From contig JAUCBJ010006877.1 in the NCBI GenBank assembly GCA_032718475.1, positions 1 through 38,803 of the forward strand: a stretch of DNA of 38,803 nt, in the 5' to 3' direction. Under the pieces are notes generated by a model. The model saw nothing but the letters and a program-made list of their open reading frames with translations, had not been told where the DNA came from and did not search any database. The DNA is from Nemertoderma westbladi. Lineage: Eukaryota; Animalia; Xenacoelomorpha. Positions 1-10,322 of the stretch are shown one piece after another; positions within the stretch are counted from its first letter, which is position 1, and the number at the start of each line of letters is the position of its first letter. Made by a program: the position numbers and the translations under genes.

Positions 1-3000
1 GGAAGGGTTTATGTGGAAGAACACCCGTGGTGGTGAACAGGCATTCCTTTAGGAAACAACGTAGAAGGGATTACTGTGCAAGATCACCCATGGTGGCGAA
101 CAGGCATTCCTTTAGGAAACAAAGTTGAAGGGTTTACTGTGGAAGATCACCCATGGTGGTGAACAGGCATTCCTTTAGGAAACAGAGTGGAAGGGTTTAC
201 TGTGGACGATCACCCATGGTGGTGAACAGGCATTCCTTTAGGAAACAAAGTAGAAGGGTTTACTGTGCAAGATCACCCATGGTGGTGAACAGGCATTCCT
301 TTAGGAACCAGAGTGGAAGGGTTTACTGTGGAAGATCACCCATGGTGGTGAACAGGCATTCCTTTAGGAAACAAAGTTGAAGGGTTTACTGTGGAAGATC
401 ATCCATGGTGGTGAACAGGCATTCCTTTAGGAACCAGAGTGGAAGGGTTTACTGTGGAAGATCACCCATGGTGGTGAACAGGCATTCCTTTAGGAAACAA
501 AGTTGAAGGGTTTACTGTGGAAGATCACCCATGGTGGTGAACAGGCATTCCTTTAAGGGTTTACTGTGCAAGATCACCCATGGTGGTGAACAGGCATTCC
601 TTTAGGAACCAGAGTGGAAGGGTTTACTGGGGAAGATCATCCAAGGTGGTGAACAGGCATTCCTTTAGGAAACAGTGCGGAAGGGTTTACTGTGGAAGAT
701 CACCCGTGGTGGCTAGCAGGCATTCCTTTAGGAAACAGAGTGGAAGGGTTTACTGTGGAAGATCACCCATGGTGGTGAACAGGCATTCCTTTAGGAAACA
801 AAGTAGAAGGGTTTACTGGGGAAGATCATCCAAGGTGGTGAACAGGCATTCCTTTAGGAAACAGTGCGGAAGGGTTTACTGTGGAAGATCACCCGTGGTG
901 GAGAGCAGGCATTCCTTTAGGAAACAGAGTGGAAGGGTTTACTGTGGAAGATCACCCATGGTGGTGAACAGGCATTCCTTTAGGAAACAAAGTATAAGGG
1001 TATACTGGGGAAGATCATCCAAGGTGATGAACAGGCATTCCTTTAGTTAAACATAGTGGAAGGGTTTACTGTGGAAGATCACCCATGGTGGTGAACAGGC
1101 ATTCCTTTAGGAAACAAAGTGGAAGGGTTTACTGTGGAAGATCATCCATGGTGGTGAACAAGCATTCCTTTAGGAAACAGAGTGGAAGGGTTTAATATGG
1201 AAGATCGCCCATGGTGATCTAGTGGATTTCCTTTAGGAAACAGAGTGGAAGGGTTTACTGTGGAAGATCATCCATGGTGGTGAACAGGCATTCCTTTAGG
1301 AAACAAAGTAGAAGGGTTTACTGTGGAAAATCATCCATGGTGGTGAACAGGCATTCCTTTAGGAAACAGAGTGGAAGGGTTTACTGTGGAAGATATACCC
1401 ATGATGGTGGTGAACAGGCATTTCTTTAGGAAACCGAGTGGAAGGGTTTACAGTGGAAGATCACCCATGGTGGTGAACAGGCATTCCTTTAGAAAACAGA
1501 GTGGAAGGGTTTAATGTGGAAGATCACCCATGGTGGTGAACAGGCATTCCTTTAGGAAACAGAGTGGAAGGGTTTACTGTGGAAGATCATCCATGGTGGT
1601 GAACAGGCATTCCTTTAGGAAACACAGTGGGAGGGTTTACTGTGGAAGATCACCCATGGTGGTGAACAAGCATTCCTTTAGGAAACAGAGTGGAAGGGTT
1701 TAATGTGGAAGATCACCCATGGTGGTGAACAGGCATTCCTTTAGGAAACAGAGTGGAAGGGTTTACCGTGGAAGATCACTCATTGTGATCTACTGGCTTT
1801 CCTTTAGGTAACAGAGTGGAAGGGTTTACTGTGGAAGATCGCCCATGGTTATCTACTGGCTTTCCTTTAGGAAACAGAGTGGAAGGGTTTAATGTGGAAG
1901 ATCACCCATGGTGATCTACTGGATTTCCTTTAGGAAACAGAGTGGAAGGGTTTACCGTGGAAGATCACCAATGGTGATCTACTGGCTTTCCTTTAGGTAA
2001 CAGAGTGGAAGGGTATACTGTGGAAGATCACCCATGGTGGTGAACAGGCATTCCTTTAGGAAACAGAGTGGGAGGGTTTCCTGTGGAAGATCACCCATGG
2101 TGGTGAACAAGCATTCCTTTAGGAAACAGAGTGGAAGGGTTTAATGTGGAAGATCACCCATGGTGATCTACTGGATTTCCTTTAGGAAACAGAGTGGAAG
2201 GATTTACCGTGGAAGATCACCCATGGTTATCTACTGGCTTTCCTTTAGGTAACAGAGTGGAAGGGTATACTGTGGAAGATCACCCATGGTGGTGAACAGG
2301 CATTCCTTTAGGAAACAGAGTGGAAGGGTTTACTGTGGAAGATCATCCATGGTGGTGAACAGGCATTCCTTTAGGAAACAGAGTGGGAGGGTTTACTGTG
2401 GAAGATCACCCATGGTGGTGAACAAGCATTCCTTTAGGAAACAGAGTGGAAGGGTTTAATGTGGAAGATCGCCCATGGTGGTGAACAGGCATTCCTTTAG
2501 GAAACAGAGTGGAAGGGTTTACTGTGGAAGATATACCCATGATGGTGGTGAACAGGCATTCCTTTAGGAAACAGAGTGGAAGGGTTTACTGTGGAAGATC
2601 ATCCATGGTGATCTACTGGATTTCCTTTAGGAAACAGAGTGGAAGGGTTTACCGTGGAAGATCACTCATTGTGATCTACTGGCTTTCCTTTGGGAAACAG
2701 AGTGGAAGGGTTTACTGTGGAAGATCGCCCATGGTCTACTGGCATTCCTTTGGGAAACAAAGTGGAAGGGTTAACTGTGGAAGATCACCCTTGGTGATGA
2801 ACAGGCATACCTTTAGGAAACAGAGTGGAAGAGGTTTACTGTGAAAGATCACCCATGGTGATCTACTGGATTTCCTTTAGGAAACAGAGTGGAAGGGTTT
2901 ACCGTGGAAGATCACTCATTGTGATCTACTGGCTTTCCTTTGGGAAACAGAGTGGAAGGGTTTACTGTGGAAGATCGCCCATGGTCTACTGGCATTCCTT

Positions 3001-5555
3001 TGGGAAACAAAGTGGAAGGGTTAACTGTGGAAGATCACCCTTGGTGATGAACAGGCATACCTTTAGGAAACAGAGTGGAAGAGGTTTACTGTGAAAGATC
3101 ACCCATGGTGATCTACTGGATTTCCTTTAGGAAACAGAGTGGAAGAGTTAACTGTGGAAGATCGCCCATGGTGGTGAACAGGCATTCCTTTAGGAAACAG
3201 AGTGGAAGGCTTTACTGTGGAAGATCACCCATGGTGGTGAACAAGCATTCCTTTAGGAAACAGAGTGGAAGGGTTTATGTGGAAGAACACCCATGGTGGT
3301 GAACAAGCATTCCTTTAGGAAACAGAGTGGAAGGGTTTACTGTGGAAGATATACCCATGATGGTGGTGAACAGGCATTTCTTTAGGAAACCGAGTGGAAT
3401 GGTTTACAGTGGAAGATCACCCATGGTGGTGAACAGGCATTCCTTTAGAAAACAGAGTGGAAGGGTTTACTGTGGAAGATCATCCATGGTGGTGAACAGG
3501 CATTCCTTTAGGAAACACAGTGGGAGGGTTTACTGTGGAAGATCACCCATGGTGGTGAACAAGCATTCCTTTAGGAAACAGAGTGGAAGGGTTTAATGTG
3601 GAAGATCACTCATTGTGATCTACTGGCTTTCCTTTAGGTAACAAAGTGGAAGGGTTTACTGTGGAAGATCGCCCATGGTTATCTACTGGCTTTCCTTTAG
3701 GAAACAGAGTGGAAGGGTTTAATGTGGAAGATCACCCATGGTGATCTACTGGATTTCCTTTAGGAAACAGAGTGGAAGGGTTTACCGTGGAAGATCACTC
3801 ATGGTGATCTACTGGCTTTCATTTAGGTAACAGAGTGGAAGGGTATACTGTGGAAGATCACCCATGGTGGTGAACAGGCATTCCTTTAGGAAACAGAGTG
3901 GGAGGGTTTACTGTGGAAGATCACCCATGGTGGTGAACAAGCATTCCTTTAGGAAACAGAGTGGAAGGGTTTAATGTGGAAGATCACCCATGGTGATCTA
4001 CTGGATTTCCTTTAGGAAACAGAGTGGAAGGATTTACCGTGGAAGATCACCCATGGTTATCTACTGGCTTTCCTTTAGGTAACAGAGTGGAAGGGTATAC
4101 TGTGGAAGATCACCCATGGTGGTGAACAGGCATTCCTTTAGGAAACAGAGTGGAAGGGTTTACTGTGGAAGATCATCCATGGTGGTGAACAGGCATTCCT
4201 TTAGGAAACAGAGTGGGAGGGTTTACTGTGGAAGATCACCCATGGTGGTGAACAAGCATTCCTTTAGGAAACAGAGTGGAAGGGTTTAATGTGGAAGATC
4301 ACCCATGGTGATCTACTGGATTTCCTTTAGGAAACAGAGTGGAAGGGTTTACCGTGGAAGATCACTCATTGTGATCTACTGGCTTTCCTTTGGGAAACAG
4401 AGTGGAAGGGTTTACTGTGGAAGATCGCCCATGGTCTACTGGCATTCCTTTGGGAAACAAAGTGGAAGGGTTAATTGTGGAAGATCACCCTTGGTGATGA
4501 ACAGGCATACCTTTAGGAAACAGAGTGGAAGAGGTTTACTGTGAAAGATCACCCATGGTGATCTACTGGATTTCCTTTAGGAAACAGAGTGGAAGAGTTA
4601 ACTGTGGAAGATCGCCCATGGTGGTGAACAGGCATTCCTTTAGGAAACAGAGTGGAAGGCTTTACTGTGGAAGATCACCCATGGTGGTGAACAAGCATTC
4701 CTTTAGGAAACAGAGTGGAAGGGTTTATGTGGAAGAACACCCATGGTGGTGAACAAGCATTCCTTTAGGAAACAGAGTGGAAGGGTTTACCGTGGAAGAT
4801 CACTCATGGTGATCTACTGGCTTTCCTTTAGGTAACAGAGTGGAACGGTTTACCGTGGAAGATCACTCATGGTGATCTACTGGATTTCCTTTAGGAAACA
4901 GAGTGGAAGGGTTTACTGTGGAATATCACTCATCGTGATCTACTGGCTTTCCTTTAGGTAACATAGTGGAAGGGTTTACTGTGGAAGATCGCCCATGGTT
5001 ATCTACTGGCTTTCCTTTAGGAAACAGAGTGGAGGGTTTACTGTGGAAGATCACCCATGGTGATGAACAGGCATTCCTTTAGGAAACAGAGTGGAAGGGT
5101 TTACTGTGGAAGATCAACCATGGTGATCTACTGGCTTTCCTTTAGAAAACAGAGTGGAAGGGTTTACCGTGGAAGATCACTCATGGTGATCTACTGGCTT
5201 TCCTTTAGGTAACAGAGTGGAAGGGTTTACTGTGGAAGATCGCCCATGGTTATCTACTGACATTCCTTTAGGAAACAAAATGGAAGGGTTAACTGTGGAA
5301 GATCATCCATGGTGATGAACAGGCATACCTTTAGGAAACAGAGTGGAAGGGTTAACTGTGGAAGATCACCCATGGTCTACTGGCTTTCCTTTAGGTAACA
5401 GAGTGGAAGGGTTTACTGTGGAAGATCATTCATGGTGATCTACTGGCTTTCCTTTAGGAAACATAGTGGAAGGATTTACTGTGGAAGATCACCCATGGTG
5501 GTGAACAGAGTGGAAGGGTTAACTGTGGAAGATCGCCCATGGTGGTGAACAGGCA
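1..5555. repeat. Satellite/minisatellite array, 63-bp unit (about 88 copies, truncated at window start)
   Basis: Consensus GGAAGGGTTTACTGTGGAAGATCACCCATGGTGGTGAACAGGCATTCCTTTAGGAAACAGAGT repeated head to tail. Variant units of 60, 64 and 67 bp occur. The array ends abruptly at ...GAACAGGCA (5555) before AT-rich DNA. Confidence 0.98.
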
Positions 5556-5941
5556 CACTTGGGCTAATTAAATAATATTACTAATGCGTAGAATTAGATA
5601 AAGTGAAACGATTATTTATAATATTAATTAACTTAATTATTTATAATATAATATGTGTATAGTATTTGATATTATGACTATGATAAATTATTTGTTTTAT
5701 ATGATAAATTTAAAAACATAATGACATTCTAATATATTATATATCACATTAATTCCATATTAAACCGGGTAAATTTATTTTTTTAATACCCATCTGGGAG
5801 ATCGGCTCCTCTCAGTCCAGCCCCATCTCCGAAATCTCACGCCCTCCACGACGGCCTCCGACCACCGCGCAAACAGAGCGAGTTTGAGCGGAGTAACGAT
5901 ATTATTTGATATTATTAATTATCCGATTTGATCAATTGAAT

Positions 5942-6257
5942 ATGGAAGGGAAATCACCAAAAGCGTCCTACAGACTTGACCCGGAATCGCAAGAAAACTT
6001 AATCCCAAAACATTCTTCTGGACAAAAGCTCAAGTTATTCTTGAAAAATAATCTTCTGCTATTCCTCACTATTTTGGCCATTATTGTCGGAATTCTTTTG
6101 GGAGTTTTTCTGAGAGACTACGAATTAACTAAAAGTCAAATCGCTTATATATCATTCCCAGGGGAGATGCTAGTTCGAGCATTAAAGTTGTTAGTGCTCC
6201 CTCTTGTAGCGACGAGTATGATCGCTTCCTGTGCCAGTTTGGACGCCACAACATCAG
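5942..6257 (+). CDS. SLC1A: Excitatory amino acid transporter (SLC1/EAAT family), exon 1 of 9
   Basis: ATG at 5942; MEGKSPK...KNNLLLFLTILAIIVGILLG...ISFPGEMLVRALKLLVLPLV...SLDATTSG (TM1-TM2, FPGE motif); donor G|GTAAGT, phase 1. Confidence 0.93.
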
Positions 6258-6319
6258 GTAAGTTTGTTGGTTTCATATTCACTCATTAGATATATTTATA
6301 TATATGGGCGGGAACTATG

Positions 6320-6860
6320 GCAATTGTCCCTTGGACAATTATTCCACCCGCACTATTCACCCCATAGATAATAGTACGTAGTCCATTTCCAAACATAGAA
6401 AATGACCCACCAATGACAAGTGTCACTCGAGGACAATTGCAGCCCCCATGCGACAAACAATTAACTCGTAGAAAAAATTGTCGCCCCGGACTATTGTCTC
6501 TGGACAATTGCACCCTGGACAATGGCTCCTGGACAATTGCACCCCGGACAATTTCCCTTAGGATAATTGTCCCCCGAAAACAATTATGCCATATTTTCGA
6601 AAACACAAAATACAATATTGAAGTAATATTTAAATGAAAACAAACGAATGTTAAAGATGATTGCCAATCAAAATAATTACTTAGCTTTTCAAAAAGATTC
6701 CGTTTTTCCACATGACAAGTAAGAAATTAAAAGTAAAGTTTTAAAAGTAAAAATAAATGGGTAATTATATATGTCTTCCGTATTTATACTCGGGAAGCAT
6801 TTTCACCTGGAGAGATAATTATCCCCGAAGGTAGGCTGGGGGCATAATGGTCCAGGTCTC
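6320..6860. repeat. Intronic non-autonomous element with about 15-bp GGACAATTGCACCCC-type subrepeats
   Basis: Tandem degenerate copies of GGACAATTG(C/T)NNCC at about 6430-6580, with related motifs near 6320 and 6800-6860. Boundaries are approximate. Confidence 0.5.
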
Positions 6861-6915
6861 AATAGTTTTGAAACGATTCGAATATTCGTTACTAATATTG
6901 TGTAATTTTCTTTAG

Positions 6916-7127
6916 GTAAGATTGGTGGTCGAGTTATTGCTTACTACATGGGTACTACCTTTATTGCTATCATACTTGGAATAGTTCTAGTAGTGAGTAT
7001 AAGACCCGGGGACCTTCAGGAAAGAACCGATGAAACTTACTCCAACACAAAGGACGTAGGTGATACAATAATGGACCTAATTCGCAATATGGTACCAGAT
7101 AATATTGTATCAGCTTGTTTCTCATTG
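6916..7127 (+). CDS. SLC1A: EAAT exon 2
   Basis: Acceptor TTTTCTTTAG|; (G)KIGGRVIAYYMGTTFIAIILGIVLVVSIRPG...DLIRNMVPDNIVSACFSL; donor |GTTAGT, phase 0. Confidence 0.93.
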
Positions 7128-8029
7128 GTTAGTTAGTGCTACTATACCAGATGTTTATTTAATTAGTGGTCATATGTATCATCATTGTATTAGAGCCTGT
7201 TTCTCATTGCCAAGTAATCTAGCAATAACATATCATCCTTTATTGGGAAATTTTTTAATATTACTTATTATTATTATTTTATCTTGGTCAATGAGATATA
7301 AGAACAACAATACATATATTTTACAAATACTTGACTATTTTCTTAGCGCGAGTCTAATTTATTATTATTTGTAATAAATATAAATAATTAATATCAGCAG
7401 CCTCAATGATTTCTATCAATTTACACTAATCAGATCTCAGTAACTAATAGAAGGGGTGGAAGTAGGTTCCATCGACTGCAACTCTATAAATGATCCATAA
7501 TAATGATCCCACTGCTATAAAGCAAGCCGATGTTGCTCTCAATATTCCGAATTATAGCCTCTTGAACGGACGAAAATGCAACAATATCCTCCAGAATGAA
7601 ATGTATTGTAGTAAACACTGGAGATAATTAGACATGTCTTTGCCTACAGCTTTACGAAATTTAGGAATGATGTGATGGTCCTGGAACTCCTTGATAATCG
7701 TCAGCCACCCAGATTATGGGCGCTACTTCAACTGTCACACTTTGTAAAGCCGGATAAATGAGTCCACCCTGGGTATGTCGTATCGCATTGTGGTGCAACG
7801 TAACCAGACCACGTTCTTGCAATCAAGGGTGTAAACGGTTCAACAAATCCTATCACACATTCTTTTTACATTGACCATCATTGTCTACCCACTCCACAAA
7901 GGCTCTCTATCTAAATATGGTGACATAAATACGATGTAAAGATAGCATTAAAATATAATGTATACCTTTAGCAAGTTACCATGGGCTCAGTCCATTTCCA
8001 ATAATAAAAAAAGGGTCAAGAATTGGTGA

Positions 8030-8165
8030 ACATGAGAGCTAGGAAACACAGGAGGCAACCCAAAAGATCCTCTCTCTTGGCTTACGAAATTGTAACTGGT
8101 TCGGCACGGGATCGAATCACATGCCGAAACAGTTAGAAGCGAAGCGAGTGATCACTCAACCAACT
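8030..8165 (-). mobile_element. Degenerate tRNA-derived SINE head
   Basis: Minus strand shows an A-box-like TGGTTGAGTGA and a B-box-like GATTCGATCCC at tRNA-like spacing. Degraded. Confidence 0.35.
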
Positions 8166-8988
8166 TGTGTAGCTGGTAGAATCTGCTTGATTGATAGATT
8201 TACTGGGTATAGACAGACATCTTAAAACTAGAGTGGGTTATGTTAGCCTCCACCTTTTATACTATTTCTCAACAACTTTCAATTTACTGTTGACTACTAC
8301 TACAACATTGACTACCCCACCCCACAAATCGATTATTGCGAACAAATTAGCCTTAAAATCACTGCAAAATTAGTACTAGAAGTTACTCATGACCACAATA
8401 GGTGAAAGGCGAAACGTGTGTCACATTATTTAAAGTTAGCGAATTTTGGGCTTTTCATGATTTGTTACTTGAAACCAACGTTTTACGCGACTACCCAATT
8501 CTAAAAAATATACTTTATTATTTTTCAAAGTAAAAATGAAAAATTTGAGAATATGTTAATATGATATTGCTCATTTATCTAGCGTCTTCTGAATAATGGC
8601 TCCCAAAGCCCCTACCCCACCCCCCACTGCTCGCCCAAATTCCTTTATAATAACAGTGTTGTACCAGATATGCGATGCGACTGCTTTTCACGTATCCCAC
8701 TACAAGTAGGTACATCAACTTCCAACATTTCTGCACCATTCCCTGGCTTTCCTATTTACTCAGTGCTACCTACTCCGTCTGGAGCTAGAGGGAGCGAGAG
8801 GTATGGTACGGGGTACTAGTGGCTATTGGGAACATCCGGGTTCCAAAATAGACCGAAACAATCTATCGAGTTATATAGGGGTCCTTATTCACTATTTTTA
8901 TTATCAAATTGAAAAAAAATTTCATAATCCATAAAAAAAAACTATATCGGTAGTGTAAAATATAATTGCTTATGTTTTTTAATTTTAG

Positions 8989-9064
8989 TACATTACCAAA
9001 TATAACAACGTTTCTTATACTGATGCTTATGGAAAGACGAAATACAGAATGGAAGGATACAAGA
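8989..9064 (+). CDS. SLC1A: EAAT exon 3 (extracellular TM3-4 loop)
   Basis: Acceptor AATTTTAG|; YITKYNNVSYTDAYGKTKYRMEGYK with an N-glycosylation sequon NVS; donor A|GTGAGT. Phase 0 in and phase 1 out exactly bridges exons 2 and 4. Not in the ORF track. Confidence 0.85.
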
Positions 9065-9357
9065 GTGAGTTAAATTATATAAGAATATATAACACAATTA
9101 TATATTTATGAGAACACTCTCCTCCTGTTCCACCATTATTGGTAAATTACCATCTATGCCTGGTCAGCCCACCGCAGCTGATTATGAGTTCTTAACCTAG
9201 AAACAAGGAGGTCCTAATTACGAGACAAGATCGGCCTTTGTAACAACATGGCCTGTGCATTTAGAGAGTCTGTTGCACCTTCTGTATTCAGAAAGATATG
9301 CACAGAATTGCACAATGTAGGGATGCTAATTATACTTGCTGCTTACTTAACTTTTAG

Positions 9358-9511
9358 GTTCTGCGAATGGAACGAACATACTGGGTGTGATGGTATTCTC
9401 GTTGGCCCTCGGTATATTCATTGCTCGACTGAAGGAAAAGGGCCATCCAGCCAAACTATTTTTTGTGTCAATAAACGAGGCTTTTATGTCACTTGTTTAT
9501 ATTGTTATGTG
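9358..9511 (+). CDS. SLC1A: EAAT exon 4
   Basis: Acceptor CTTTTAG|; SSANGTNILGVMVFSLALGIFIARLKEKG...FFVSINEAFMSLVYIVMW; donor TG|GTGAGT, phase 2. Confidence 0.92.
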
Positions 9512-10322
9512 GTGAGTGCAAACAATATTAATAAAACGTTTCAATAATTATAATGAAGTTGAACATAATTTAAAAACACATACTGGAAGTCAGTACATCA
9601 GCCAACACTACAAGTTTTCCTCTGTAATCTAATACTAATTTACTCAATTATTAAGTTAATTAAAGTATAAAATCCTTCAATTTTAAAACACATTACAAAT
9701 ATGAGAAAAACTATTTCACCAACTGACTGTAAATTGAGGTACAGTGGGGGAAATTCAAAGTTGTGCAGTTGCAGTCATCACGATTACAACTACGGTTCTG
9801 TGATTGCATTGGCCAGACAGATGGATACATCGGCCACAAAACACCATCAGGCGTTTTGAGGCTCTTCGGCAACCCCTAAGGCACAGCAGTGAAGAGCGCA
9901 ACATCGCGAAGCTGACTTTTCGCCGTGTCACAAGCCACACACAACGAATACCGAACGTCCCTTCGCGCATATCACCCAGTTTCATTGTCTTCAGTTATTG
10001 TTATAGCCCCACCCAGTAAGGTAATTAAAACTATTTGTATAGTGAAAATGTTGTAGTAAATCAATTGTGTATAATTTTTGCCCGTAATAAAATTTGGAAA
10101 TTTAAAGCATAATGTTCAAAATAATGATACAATAATTATTATTATTATTATTATCTTTTAATCCACGCCATTAAGGCACATAGTAAAAATAAGTACATAA
10201 TTAAATTGGACAATATTGAATACACAGGTAGATGAGTCTAAATAATATGGAGTACATGAAAAGCATAAGTAAGTAATATTATTAACTATTAGCACAGCAC
10301 AACTATATTACAGTAATTAGTG

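Noticed and set aside
153-4752. 21-aa repeat ORFs (MVVNRHSFRKQSGRVYCGRSP)n in the array
   Set aside because: They are a by-product of a 63-bp unit with one stop-free frame. Frequent stops and +1/+4 indel units break the frame.
1-5555. CRISPR-like array
   Set aside because: There are no unique spacers, whole units repeat, the context is eukaryotic and no cas genes are present.
1-5555. Hammerhead or telomeric nature of the satellite (CTGTGGA...GAAAC; AGGGTTTA)
   Set aside because: The core differs from CTGANGA and GAAA does not follow the hairpin. The telomere-like words are single, not tandem.
5906-5941. TTG start proposed by the ORF track for exon 1
   Set aside because: This is a eukaryotic gene, and the first in-frame ATG is at 5942.
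8386-8422. Second hammerhead-like string (CTCATGA...CGAAACGTGTGTC)
   Set aside because: The core has a mismatch and there is no convincing stem I or II.
9741-10020. Possible Tc1-like end (TA-CAGTGGGGGAAA) with a transposase-like peptide
   Set aside because: No partner TIR was found and the peptide similarity is too weak to support a call.
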